A model generated the notes under the pieces. That model saw nothing but the letters and a program-made list of their open reading frames with translations, ran no database searches and was not told the origin of the DNA. Source: Armatimonadota bacterium (lineage in GTDB: Bacteria > Armatimonadota > SYMT01). From it: a stretch of DNA of 64,000 bases. The translations under genes were made by a program, and so were the position numbers. The stretch covers positions 32,001 to 96,000 of the forward strand of contig JAWLHY010000018.1 of the NCBI GenBank assembly GCA_041690135.1, written 5' to 3'. Below are positions 30,113 to 39,694 of the stretch, in pieces. Position 1 is the first letter of the stretch. Every line of letters starts with the position of its first letter.

Positions 30113-31228
30113 ATGGAACATCAGGAAAAGGAACATGTCCTGGCGGTAGCCGCCAGGTATCTTCGGCGTCGGTGGCGCGGCCCGGTGCGCACCGGGGGTC
30201 TGGTTTTGCTGTCGGCCGGGGTGGCCGGGGTCGCGGTCGATCGCCTGCTCCGTCCGGAGAAGATCGAGGCCGCGGGGCATCCGGCGCCGGTCTCGACTAC
30301 GGGAGTAGTGGAAAGTCAAATCGCGAAAGGTATCGGCGCTCCTTTTGACGCCCGCGTTCTGGACGTACCCGTCCGGAAGGGCGCGCCCGTTAAGCGCGGG
30401 GACGTGCTCTTCCGCCTGGATGCGGCTCCGCTTCGCAGCGAGCTTGCGCAGGCGAAGTCGGATGCTCAACTCGCGGCGGCGGCGCTTCGGGATGCGAAGG
30501 CCCGGCGGAGCGCGGAAGAGCGCGCTGCCCGGAAGGAGGTTCTTGCGCTGCGGGCGGAGGTGAAGCGCGATCGGCAGCAATATGAGGCGTGGCGCCATTC
30601 GGTGGCCCAGGCAATCTCGATACTGGAGAACCAGGGTACTGGCGCCGACGACGGCATGTCGGGTGGCGGGCTTGCGGGAAGCCGGTCGGCTTACGGCCTG
30701 GGGAACTCCTACGATACCAGCCGTCAACAAGAACTACAGGCTCGTCTGGCCCTGGCCGAGGAGCAGTTGAGCCAGATCCGCTCCAGTTGGGAGCCCATCG
30801 TCCAGGAAGCTGAGCGGCAGTCCGCCGCGATGCACCGGCAGGTAAAGACACTGGAGGGCCTGTTGGGCATGGCGGTCCGCCGCAGCCCCATCGATGGGGT
30901 CGTAACGAGCGTTTCCGTGCGCGCCGGAGAATGGGCCAACCGGGATCAGCCGCTGGTACGGGTGGACGACCCCGCAGGTTACCGCTTGATCACCCTGGTG
31001 GATCAGGACGTGCGCGACCAGGCTAAAGCCGCGGGTGAAATGTCTTTCAATGCGCATGGGCAGCCGGCCCAGGCCAGTCTGGAAAAGGTCGTTGCGGGTG
31101 AGGGAAAGGAGCTGTTCTACTACTACCTGTGGCTCAAACCCGAGAACCCGAACCGCCTCCACCCTGGTCAGAAGCTACCGGTGATCGTCCCCGTACCCGC
31201 ACCACGCCTGGCGTCGGTTGCTGAGTAA
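30113..31228 (+). CDS. HlyD/membrane-fusion-type periplasmic adaptor
   Basis: N-terminal TM, lipoyl-like halves V..G..VKRGDVLFRLD and RSPIDGVVT..V..GE flanking a coiled coil; RBS GGAG. Confidence 0.8.
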   Translation: MEHQEKEHVLAVAARYLRRRWRGPVRTGGLVLLSAGVAGVAVDRLLRPEKIEAAGHPAPVSTTGVVESQIAKGIGAPFDARVLDVPVRKGAPVKRGDVLFRLDAAPLRSELAQAKSDAQLAAAALRDAKARRSAEERAARKEVLALRAEVKRDRQQYEAWRHSVAQAISILENQGTGADDGMSGGGLAGSRSAYGLGNSYDTSRQQELQARLALAEEQLSQIRSSWEPIVQEAERQSAAMHRQVKTLEGLLGMAVRRSPIDGVVTSVSVRAGEWANRDQPLVRVDDPAGYRLITLVDQDVRDQAKAAGEMSFNAHGQPAQASLEKVVAGEGKELFYYYLWLKPENPNRLHPGQKLPVIVPVPAPRLASVAE

Positions 31229-31259
31229 CCATCCTTTCGCTTCTGCGAGCTAGAGATTA

Positions 31260-31285
31260 AGAGCCGGGGCTCCTATCCCGGCTCT
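31260..31285. terminator. Stem-loop downstream of the HlyD-like gene
   Basis: agagccggg...cccggctct inverted repeat. Confidence 0.5.
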
Positions 31286-31527
31286 CCCATAGGTTCGTCC
31301 GCCGGGCGGCATCGGATTGACCTTGTCTGCTCCGCACCGGCGGCGACCAGCGGAATCTACTCCCACTTTGGGGGATGTGAACCCGTAGAACAGATGGCGC
31401 GTTAGCTAGCCTTCCTTATTCGCACTTCTGTCACTCTTTATCCTCATCCTTATCGTGGCCTACCGACGAGGGATCGGCCCGTCCCTTGGAGAATCAGGTT
31501 TGATGGTGATTTCTTCAATGAGGCACG

Positions 31528-32319
31528 ATGGGGGATCAGGACGTGGACACTCCGATTTTCGATCTCAAGGGTCAGGTGGCCCTGGTTACCGGAGGGACCA
31601 GCGGCCTCGGCCGGGCAATTGCGGTGGCACTGGCCCGGGCGGGCGCCCAGGTGACGGTCGGCTCGCGGGATGCGGCGAAGATCGACGATACGCTGGGGGA
31701 ACTGGCTTCGCTGGGCACCGGTCACGGCGGGGTTCAACTGGACGTGGCGGATTTTGCTGCGGTGGACCGTGCCGTTGAGAGCGTGGTTGCCTCGCACGGG
31801 CGTCTCGATCTCCTCGTGAATGCCGCGGGCGTCACCCGCCGGACGCCCAGCCTGGATGTAACGATGGACGAGTTTGAGCAGATCGTACGCACGAACTATC
31901 TCGGTCTGTTCAAGTGCTGTCAGGCCGCCGCTCGCATCATGCGGGAGCAGGACGGCGGGTGCATTATCAATATTGCCAGCATCTCCGCCGCTTTTGGCTG
32001 GGCCGATGTCGCTGCCTACAGTTCCAGCAAAGCCGCCGTCGTGAACCTCACCAGGAGCTTGGCGAACGATTGGGCGAAGTACCGCATCCGGGTGAACGCG
32101 ATTGCGCCGGGCGTGATTCCCACGGCCTTGAACCGCCCGCTCATCGAGGGCACGCCTCGCGGCGAGTGGTTCCTGGCGCACACCCCGCAGGGGCGTTTCG
32201 GCGAGCCGCACGAGATTGCCGGGGCTGCCGTCTACCTGGCGAGCCCGGCTGCCAGCTACTGCACCGGCGAGGTGCTCACCGTCGACGGGGGCTTCTCGGC
32301 CCGCGGAGTGGGCGTTTAG
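31528..32319 (+). CDS. SDR family oxidoreductase (KduD/gluconate 5-dehydrogenase-like)
   Basis: TGGTSGLG, NAAG, YSSSK (YxxxK), VNAIAPG, VDGG. Confidence 0.92.
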   Translation: MGDQDVDTPIFDLKGQVALVTGGTSGLGRAIAVALARAGAQVTVGSRDAAKIDDTLGELASLGTGHGGVQLDVADFAAVDRAVESVVASHGRLDLLVNAAGVTRRTPSLDVTMDEFEQIVRTNYLGLFKCCQAAARIMREQDGGCIINIASISAAFGWADVAAYSSSKAAVVNLTRSLANDWAKYRIRVNAIAPGVIPTALNRPLIEGTPRGEWFLAHTPQGRFGEPHEIAGAAVYLASPAASYCTGEVLTVDGGFSARGVGV

Positions 32320-32424
32320 ATCCGGAGCCGCGTCGCGCGTAGTCCCTTTCTAACTTCCCCTGTTGGCTAGTGGGCTCACCCCACCCCGCCGTTCTGACCC
32401 GGCGGAATCGATTCTGGAAACGAA

Positions 32425-33600
32425 ATGCGAGTTACCGGAAAACTGTGTGAAACGGGCGAGGTCGTCACCCTTCGGACCGAGGGACGACGGATCGCCGGAT
32501 GGGAGCCGGGCGTGCGAGAGCCGGACCTGGGTGGTCCCGACATCTGGCTGTCTCCCGGCTTCATCGATGTTCAGCTGAACGGTTATTGCGGGGCCGACTT
32601 CAACATCGAGACCTGGGGTCACCGGGATGAAGCAGCAGCGGACCTGTCGCTGGTCTTCGAACTGGCTGCTCGGGCCGGCACCCCCCTGCTCTGTCCGACC
32701 TTTATCACCAACAGCCACGGCGCTATCGTCAAGGGCCTGACGCGGCTGTTACGAGTTCTTGAACAGAACCGAAGCCTGGTGGATGCTGTCCCTGGGATTC
32801 ACGTGGAAGGTCCCTACATCTCCGCGGAAGACGGTCCGCGCGGCGCCCACCCGATTGAGCACGTGCGCCTGCCCGACTGGGAGGAGTTCCAGCGCTTCCA
32901 GGAGGCGGCCCAGGGAAAGATCAAGATCCTGACTCTGGCGCCGGAACTACCGGGCGCTCTTCCGTTCATCGAGAAGGTGGCCGACGCGGGCGTGGTGGTG
33001 GCGATCGGTCACTCCGGCGCCGAGCCGGAGGTGATTCGGGATGCCGTGCGCGCCGGAGCGCAGATGTCCACTCACCTGGGAAACGGGGCACACGGAACCA
33101 TCCGACGGCATCCCAACTACATCTGGGAACAACTCGCGCACGATGACCTCTACGCCAGCATCATCACGGACGGCCATCACCTCCCGGCATCGGTTTGCAA
33201 GTCGTTCGCGCGGGTGAAGGGTCCGGAGAAGCTGGTGTTGGTGAGCGACGCCGTGGCCCTGGGCGGTCTCCAGCCGGGGGTGTACGCCGGCGGCCGGTAC
33301 GAAGTGCTCCCGACGGGCAAGGTGGTGACGGCGGGCACTCCCTACCTGGCTGGAGCGGGGCACCTGTTGGACACCTGTCTGGCCAATGCTCTCCGGTTCA
33401 CTGATCTTTCGCTGGCACAGGTCATCCGCTGCGCCAGTACTATTCCCGCCCGGATTCTGGGTCTCGAATCGCGCAAGGGACATCTCCGGGTCGGATACGA
33501 TGCCGATCTCACCCTCTTCCGGGTGCCGGATTCGGGTCCCCTCCAGATCGAAGCCACCGTACGCGCGGGGGAACGGGTCTATGACGCGCCCGCTCGTTGA
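32425..33600 (+). CDS. NagA-like N-acetyl-amino-sugar deacetylase (amidohydrolase)
   Basis: PGFIDVQLNG, GIHVEGPY, GAH, TLAPE, GHS, THLGN, DGHH, SDA, G.DADL. Confidence 0.87.
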   Translation: MRVTGKLCETGEVVTLRTEGRRIAGWEPGVREPDLGGPDIWLSPGFIDVQLNGYCGADFNIETWGHRDEAAADLSLVFELAARAGTPLLCPTFITNSHGAIVKGLTRLLRVLEQNRSLVDAVPGIHVEGPYISAEDGPRGAHPIEHVRLPDWEEFQRFQEAAQGKIKILTLAPELPGALPFIEKVADAGVVVAIGHSGAEPEVIRDAVRAGAQMSTHLGNGAHGTIRRHPNYIWEQLAHDDLYASIITDGHHLPASVCKSFARVKGPEKLVLVSDAVALGGLQPGVYAGGRYEVLPTGKVVTAGTPYLAGAGHLLDTCLANALRFTDLSLAQVIRCASTIPARILGLESRKGHLRVGYDADLTLFRVPDSGPLQIEATVRAGERVYDAPAR

Positions 33601-33647
33601 ACAGATCGTGACGACTTTGAACGTGAGCCATCGCGGAAAAGGAAACC

Positions 33648-34934
33648 ATGTCCAATCGTAAGATGAAAGTGGCCCTCATCGGGGCCGGTATGTTCGGTGG
33701 CGACGTCCACCTGCGTGCGTTCGCGGACGTCCAGCGCTCGGGGCTCAGCGGCTTCCTGGCCCGCCTGGGGCAAGATGAATACTGCCGCGCAGTTGCCGAC
33801 ATCGACTTTGAACTGGTCGCAGTCGCCACTCGCTCCGAGAGTTCGGCGATCCGGGCCGCCGACTACTTCCACGGTCTCACGGGCTATCGGCCCGAGCCGT
33901 TCTGCGGCTCCGCCCCCTGGAACGACGTGCTCGCCGCCCATCCCGACCTCGATATTCTGGCGGTCGCCACTCCCGACAACCTCCATACCCAGCCGGTCCT
34001 CGCCGGGCTGGAGGCCGGCTGCCACGTCGTGGTCGAGAAGCCGATGTGTCTCAGCCTGGAAGAGGCGGACCGCATCATCGAGTTGGCCAACGAGAAGAAC
34101 CGCGTGGTGTGCGTCGATATGCACAAGCGGTACGATCCGGACCACTTGCGCATCCGCAACGACATCCGTAACCGGATCGGCGAGCCTCTCTACGGTACGG
34201 CGATCCTGGAAGAGCCGCTGGAAGTCTCGACCAGCACCTTCAAGTGGGCGGAGCAAAGTGACCCCTTTAGTTATGTGGGCCCCCACTGGACGGACCTCAT
34301 CCATCACTACTATGGCGCCAAGCCCGTGGGCCTGACCGCCGTCGGCCAGAAGAAGCGGCTGGTGCGCGATGGCATCAATGCTTACGACGCCGTACAGGTC
34401 CGCGTAGACTGGGACAACGGGATGAGCATCTACTTCCAGAACAACTGGATCAATCCTCCGGATTTCGAAGGGCCCGTGAACCAGGGGCACGAGATCGTGG
34501 GCACGGAAGGCAAGGTGGAGAGCGACCAGCAATACCGGGGCTTCCGCTACTGGTACAACGGTGGTGGCTCTCGCACTTCCAACAACCACTTCACCCGCGA
34601 CGTTCCCCGCGCCGACGGAACGGCCTCCTATGTCGGCTATGGAACAGACAGCATCCACGTCGGCCTCCTGGCGGCGTGCCGGATCAAGTTCATGGGCGCC
34701 ACTCTGGAAGAGGTGAAGCCGACCTTCCCCACCCCGGAAGAAGGGCGGATTACGGTGGCCATCGTCCACGCGGCGCGCCTGGTTCGCGACCTGAACTTCC
34801 GGTACCAGCAGGAAGGCAAAGCCCCGGCGGTCAGCGCCGGATTCGGACCGGATGGGATCACGATCATCGATCCTTACCGGGTCACCGAGGGTCCGGACGC
34901 GGTATTCCAGAAGATCTACACCCACCCGATATAA
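33648..34934 (+). CDS. Gfo/Idh/MocA family NAD(P)-dependent oxidoreductase
   Basis: VALIGAGMFG, VATPD.LH, HVVVEKP, HKRYDP. Confidence 0.9.
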   Translation: MSNRKMKVALIGAGMFGGDVHLRAFADVQRSGLSGFLARLGQDEYCRAVADIDFELVAVATRSESSAIRAADYFHGLTGYRPEPFCGSAPWNDVLAAHPDLDILAVATPDNLHTQPVLAGLEAGCHVVVEKPMCLSLEEADRIIELANEKNRVVCVDMHKRYDPDHLRIRNDIRNRIGEPLYGTAILEEPLEVSTSTFKWAEQSDPFSYVGPHWTDLIHHYYGAKPVGLTAVGQKKRLVRDGINAYDAVQVRVDWDNGMSIYFQNNWINPPDFEGPVNQGHEIVGTEGKVESDQQYRGFRYWYNGGGSRTSNNHFTRDVPRADGTASYVGYGTDSIHVGLLAACRIKFMGATLEEVKPTFPTPEEGRITVAIVHAARLVRDLNFRYQQEGKAPAVSAGFGPDGITIIDPYRVTEGPDAVFQKIYTHPI

Positions 34935-34960
34935 CTTATCTAGAGGATAGTAAGAACCCC

Positions 34961-36334
34961 ATGGGCAAGCCTTTCGACATCACCCCTAAAGAAGTTCCCC
35001 CGGTGGAGACCCCGTTCCGCCGGATCTGCACCCCCATCCCGCACCCTGACTCTGTTCCCACGTTGGAGCGACTGCTGAAGTTCGAGCCCCGCTCGATGTC
35101 CGGTCAACCACCGATCGTGTGGGAGCGCGCCGAGGGCTTCCACGTCTACGACCGCTACGGCAACAAGTGGCTGGACTGGTCCTCGGGGGTGCTCGTCACC
35201 AACGCGGGGCACTCGCATCCCGAGGTGCGCGCAGCCGTCATCGACCAGGCGGAAAGTGGACTGCTCCACAGCTACTGCTTCCCGAACGAGGAGCGTGCCG
35301 AGTTGGTGGAGTTACTGGTCGGTCTCGCGCCCGAGGGTCTGGAGAAGTGCTTCCTATTGACCACGGGCTCCGAGACCACGGAGTGCGCGCTGAAGTTAGC
35401 GCGGAGTTGGGGGCAGCGGACCGGCGGGCCCGAGAAGATCGGTATCGTCAGCTTTCTGCAGGGCTTCCACGGCCGGACCATGGGCGCGCAGCAAATGGGG
35501 CCTCTCGGAGGCGGCAACCAGTGGATCCGGAATCTCGATCCCTCGATCCACCACGTGCCGTTCCCGGATGGCTACCGCGTAGAAGACACCAGTTTCGACC
35601 TCTTTCTCCACACGCTGGACGAGCGCGGCCTGACTCCGGACAGGATCGCCGGCGTGATCACCGAGACCTACCAGGGGGTGGGACCGGACTTCCTGCCCGT
35701 CGAGTACGCACAGAAGCTGCGCCGGTGGTGCGATGAGCACGGCGTGGTCCTGATCTTCGACGAGGTCCAGGCCGGCTTCGGGCGCTGCGGCACGTTCTGG
35801 GGTTTCGAGCACTACAACGTGGTGCCCGATCTCATCACGTGCGGCAAGGGAATCACCAGTTCCCTCCCGCTCGGCGCAGTGCTGGGGCGATCCGCGATCA
35901 TGGACCAGTACGATCCCGGCTCCATGACCAGCACACACTCCGGCAACCCGGTTTGCTGCCGGGCGGCGGTCGCCAGCGTTAAGGCAATCCTCGAAGAGGG
36001 CATGGTCGAGAACGCGCGGCACATGGAGCAGGTTCTGATGCCGGGCCTGCAGGCCATCCAGGCGCGGCACCCCAACGTCATCGGCTGCGTTCACGGCAAG
36101 GGTCTCGTGGCCGGCCTGCAAATGGTGAAAGCCGGAACCAAGGACCCCGACCACGATCTTGCCCATCGCATCATCGAGAAGTGTTTCCAGCGCGGGCTGC
36201 TCTTCTTCGCGCCGGTTGGTGTCGGCGGCGGCTGCGTCAAGATCTCGCCCCCGCTCAACATCACGGCGGAGGCGATCCGGGACGGCCTCGCCGCCCTCAG
36301 CGAAGCCTGCGACGAAGCCATCGCCGAGCTCTGA
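34961..36334 (+). CDS. Class III PLP-dependent aminotransferase
   Basis: GFHGRT, FDEVQAGFGR.G, PDLITCGKG (PLP lysine), THSGNP; start placed at ATG 34961. Confidence 0.92.
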   Translation: MGKPFDITPKEVPPVETPFRRICTPIPHPDSVPTLERLLKFEPRSMSGQPPIVWERAEGFHVYDRYGNKWLDWSSGVLVTNAGHSHPEVRAAVIDQAESGLLHSYCFPNEERAELVELLVGLAPEGLEKCFLLTTGSETTECALKLARSWGQRTGGPEKIGIVSFLQGFHGRTMGAQQMGPLGGGNQWIRNLDPSIHHVPFPDGYRVEDTSFDLFLHTLDERGLTPDRIAGVITETYQGVGPDFLPVEYAQKLRRWCDEHGVVLIFDEVQAGFGRCGTFWGFEHYNVVPDLITCGKGITSSLPLGAVLGRSAIMDQYDPGSMTSTHSGNPVCCRAAVASVKAILEEGMVENARHMEQVLMPGLQAIQARHPNVIGCVHGKGLVAGLQMVKAGTKDPDHDLAHRIIEKCFQRGLLFFAPVGVGGGCVKISPPLNITAEAIRDGLAALSEACDEAIAEL

Positions 36335-36344
36335 TAACGCGACG

Positions 36345-36398
36345 CCTTCAACCTTCAACCTTCAACCTTCAACCTTCTGACCTGCAAACCTTCCAACC
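36345..36398. repeat. Heptamer tandem repeat (CCTTCAA)x4 plus degenerate copies
   Basis: ccttcaa ccttcaa ccttcaa ccttcaa ccttctga cctgcaaa ccttccaa. Confidence 0.9.
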
Positions 36399-36444
36399 CG
36401 CAGCCCAGCCTGCAGGCCAAACCGTAGACGTCAAGGTGCAACAA

Positions 36445-37467
36445 ATGTCGGATGTGATCCTTACCGGCCTCGCGGACGAGGGGCCGGTTTCCAAGCGTGC
36501 CGAAGAGCAGTTGACGATGGTGCGCGCCCTGGGGCTTTCCTACTACAGCCTCCGGTTCGTGGATGTAGGCAACGGTATCAAGAATGCCATGCTCCTCACG
36601 GACGAGGAAGTGGCGCGGCTCGTGAAGTTGCACGAGGAGTACGAAGTCCGCGTATCTTCGCTCGCCTCCCCCATCGGCAAGGTGAAGCTGTTCGACTTCG
36701 ACGACGGAACCTCCAACCGGTTTGTGCCGTTCGACCAGTACCTGCGCGAGGACGTGGCGCATTCCATCGAATTGGCGCAGAAACTGGGCACGCAGCTCAT
36801 CCGCGGGTTTTCCTTCTACCCGCCCAAGGACGATGATCCGTATGACCACGTCCCCCAAGCGGCGGAGCAACTACGGGCTATCGCGGAGGCCTGCGCCAGT
36901 GCCGGGCTCTACTTCGGCCTGGAAGTCGAGGCCAACCTGGTGGGCCGCAACGGCGAGCTCGAAGCCGCTCTCTGGGAGGCGGTAAAACACCCGAACCTGG
37001 GACTGGTCTTCGACGCCGCAAACATGGTCTGCCAGGGATACGGTCCGGACGAGGTGTTCGAACAGTACCAGGCCATGGAACCTGGCCTGCTCTGGCTCCA
37101 TATCAAGGATTACCTCGACCCCGAACTGCGGAAAGCCTCCGCGGCCGAACGGACGCGGGGTCACGTGGCGGAAGACGCCCTGCTGCACTTCGTTCCCGCG
37201 GACCGCGGCGACTCGGACCACCGCCGCATCTTCCGGGCCGTGAAAGAGTCCCTGCCCGCCTTCCAGCAGCGCCTGTCCGAGAAAGGCCTACCAGGCCTGT
37301 TCCTGGACCTGGAGCCGCACGTGAAGGGCGGGGGTCAGTTCGGCGGGTTCAGCGGCGTGGACGGGTTCGGCGTGGCGCTCCGGGCGCTTTGCCGCGTGCT
37401 GGATGACACCGACGTATCCTACCATCTGACCGAATTCGACGAGCTTCGCCGGACCGCAAAGTCCTGA
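36445..37467 (+). CDS. Sugar phosphate isomerase/epimerase (xylose-isomerase-like TIM barrel)
   Basis: GLADE, SPIGK, IRGFSFY, LEVE, FDAAN, HIKD, LEPH; RBS AAGGTG before ATG 36445. Confidence 0.87.
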   Translation: MSDVILTGLADEGPVSKRAEEQLTMVRALGLSYYSLRFVDVGNGIKNAMLLTDEEVARLVKLHEEYEVRVSSLASPIGKVKLFDFDDGTSNRFVPFDQYLREDVAHSIELAQKLGTQLIRGFSFYPPKDDDPYDHVPQAAEQLRAIAEACASAGLYFGLEVEANLVGRNGELEAALWEAVKHPNLGLVFDAANMVCQGYGPDEVFEQYQAMEPGLLWLHIKDYLDPELRKASAAERTRGHVAEDALLHFVPADRGDSDHRRIFRAVKESLPAFQQRLSEKGLPGLFLDLEPHVKGGGQFGGFSGVDGFGVALRALCRVLDDTDVSYHLTEFDELRRTAKS

Positions 37468-37499
37468 ATCCGGCTCAATAACTCCAGGAGACTCTGACC

Positions 37500-38744
37500 A
37501 TGCATCCCTTGCGCCTGGCAGTCCCACTTTCCCTTTGCGCCACCCTCGCCGCGGCGGCCACCGCGCCGTACCGGCAGACACTCACGAGTGTCGAGCGCAA
37601 CAAGCGTGCCGAGAAGTGGCAAATCACGAGCAAAGAAGTCACGCCTCGCAGCAAGGTGCCCTGGTCGGTCCGCAAGGTCACGCTCCATGGTGGAAAGCAG
37701 GAAGGGGTGGACCTGATCCACGTCGATAACGGCAAGATCCGGTTCACCGTTTGCCCAACCCGCGGGATGGGGCTCATCTCCGCCTCCCGCGGGGATCTCC
37801 GGCTCGGCTGGGATTCGCCGGTGAAGGAGATCGTCCATCCGCAGTACGTCAACCTGCAGGCGCGTGGCGGGCTGGGTTGGCTGGATGGGTTCAACGAGTG
37901 GATGTGCCGGTGCGGCCTGGAGAACAACGGCGGCCCCGGCACCGATCGTTTCATCAACAACGTGGGTGATGAGGCGACGATGGACCTCACCCTGCACGGC
38001 AAGATCGCCAACCTACCCGCGCAGGAGGTGGAGGTGGTCGTGGACCGTGAGCCGCCATACACCATCCACATCCGCGGGACGGTCCACGAGCGGATGTTCT
38101 ATGGGCCCAAGCTGGAACTCCGGACGGACATCTCAACAGTTCCGGGGTCCGACACGCTCCGGGTCAAAGATGTGATCACCAACCGGGGTGCGCAGCCGCA
38201 GGAGTTCCAGATCCTCTACCACACGAACTTCGGCCGGCCTCTCCTGGAGCAGGGAGCGACCTTCGCGGCGCCGGTCGCGCGGGTGATCCCGATGAATGAC
38301 GTGGCGGCCCGCGCGATCAACAACTATCCGAAGTACCTGGGTCCGACACTCGGGTTCGTGGAGCAGGTCTACTGCATGTATCCGCGGGCGGATGCCTCGG
38401 GCCGCTCCCTGGCGATCCTGCAGAACCGGGCGCGGAACCAGGCCGCTTCCGTCCGTTATTCCGTGACGGAGTTGCCGTACCTCACGCTCTGGAAGAACAC
38501 GGCGGCCACGAACGATGGCTACGTCACGGGGATCGAGCCGGGAACCAACTTCCCGAACACTCGCAGCGTGGAGCGCAAATTGGGCCGGGTTCCGAAGCTG
38601 GGCCCCGGCGCCAGTTACTCGATCGCCGTCGATTTCGGTCTCCACAGCGGCACCTCGGAAGTGCAGGCACTTACGGACGAGATTGCCGCCATCCAGGGTG
38701 ACCATCGTCCCGTCCTCGAACCGCGCCCCGAGAAGAAAGATTGA
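37500..38744 (+). CDS. Exported aldose 1-epimerase-like protein (DUF4432 type)
   Basis: Signal peptide, LHGGKQEGV, PTRGM, CGLE..G, TLHG.I.N, YH.NFG, GYVTGIEPGT. Confidence 0.85.
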   Translation: MHPLRLAVPLSLCATLAAAATAPYRQTLTSVERNKRAEKWQITSKEVTPRSKVPWSVRKVTLHGGKQEGVDLIHVDNGKIRFTVCPTRGMGLISASRGDLRLGWDSPVKEIVHPQYVNLQARGGLGWLDGFNEWMCRCGLENNGGPGTDRFINNVGDEATMDLTLHGKIANLPAQEVEVVVDREPPYTIHIRGTVHERMFYGPKLELRTDISTVPGSDTLRVKDVITNRGAQPQEFQILYHTNFGRPLLEQGATFAAPVARVIPMNDVAARAINNYPKYLGPTLGFVEQVYCMYPRADASGRSLAILQNRARNQAASVRYSVTELPYLTLWKNTAATNDGYVTGIEPGTNFPNTRSVERKLGRVPKLGPGASYSIAVDFGLHSGTSEVQALTDEIAAIQGDHRPVLEPRPEKKD

Positions 38745-38772
38745 AGCCGGCTTGATGCCTGGAGGATTCCCG

Positions 38773-39654
38773 ATGATCAAATGCATCCGCCCCCTACTGG
38801 CGGGTTCCCTGGCGGTACTTACTGTCTGTGCCGCCGGAGGTGTCCACTCCCAGGAGAAGTCCGCCAAGAAAGAAGAGAAGAAGCCGGAAACCCCCGAACT
38901 GGTGGTCCGTAAGGATAGAGCGGGCGACATCCCGGTGATGGTGATCTCGCCGAAGGATACAAAGGGCCGCCACCTGGTAATCTGGCTGCCCGGCTTCAGT
39001 GGCTCGAAAGAGGGCACGGAAGGCCCCCTCCGCCAGTTGGCGGCCCGGGGGTTCGTGGCGCTGAGCTTTGACCCCTATCAGCACGGGGAACGCGCCATCG
39101 AGACCCGCCCGGAGCTTTCGAACCGGGTCCGCGGCAACATCCGCCGCTACTTCTGGCCCATCCTGGCCAAGACCGCCGAGGAAGTGCCGCAGGTCATCGA
39201 CTGGGCGATCAAGGAATTGGGTGTCAGCAAGGAAGTGGGGATGGGTGGCACCTCCATGGGCGGCGATATCTCCGTGGCGGCTGCCAGTGTCGATAAGCGC
39301 CTCAAGGCGATTTCCGCCTGCGTCGCTACTCCGGACTGGATGCGCCCGGGTTCCTTCGAGCCGCCCGGGACACCGGATGAGGCGGCCCAACGGGACTACG
39401 ATCGCCGCAATCCCCTCACCCATCTGGAACTGTACAAGCATCGCCCGGCTATCGCATTCCAGAGCGGCGCCGACGACCGGCAGGTTCCGCCGGATGGCGG
39501 GGTCCGCTTCATCGAGGCGCTCAAGCCGATGTACGGCAAGAGCGCGGAGGAGAAGTTGGTGGTGAACCTCCAGCCCAACACGCCGCACCGTTTCACCCCG
39601 GAGATGATGGCCAACTCCATTGCCTGGTTCGAAAAGCACTTGCTCAAGAAGTAA
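38773..39654 (+). CDS. Exported alpha/beta-hydrolase (esterase-like)
   Basis: Signal peptide, GTSMGG nucleophile elbow, D.QVP, C-terminal His (PHRF). Confidence 0.85.
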   Translation: MIKCIRPLLAGSLAVLTVCAAGGVHSQEKSAKKEEKKPETPELVVRKDRAGDIPVMVISPKDTKGRHLVIWLPGFSGSKEGTEGPLRQLAARGFVALSFDPYQHGERAIETRPELSNRVRGNIRRYFWPILAKTAEEVPQVIDWAIKELGVSKEVGMGGTSMGGDISVAAASVDKRLKAISACVATPDWMRPGSFEPPGTPDEAAQRDYDRRNPLTHLELYKHRPAIAFQSGADDRQVPPDGGVRFIEALKPMYGKSAEEKLVVNLQPNTPHRFTPEMMANSIAWFEKHLLKK

Positions 39655-39694
39655 CAGCAAACAAACTGCTTCGCAGATTCCGGGAGAACGATCG

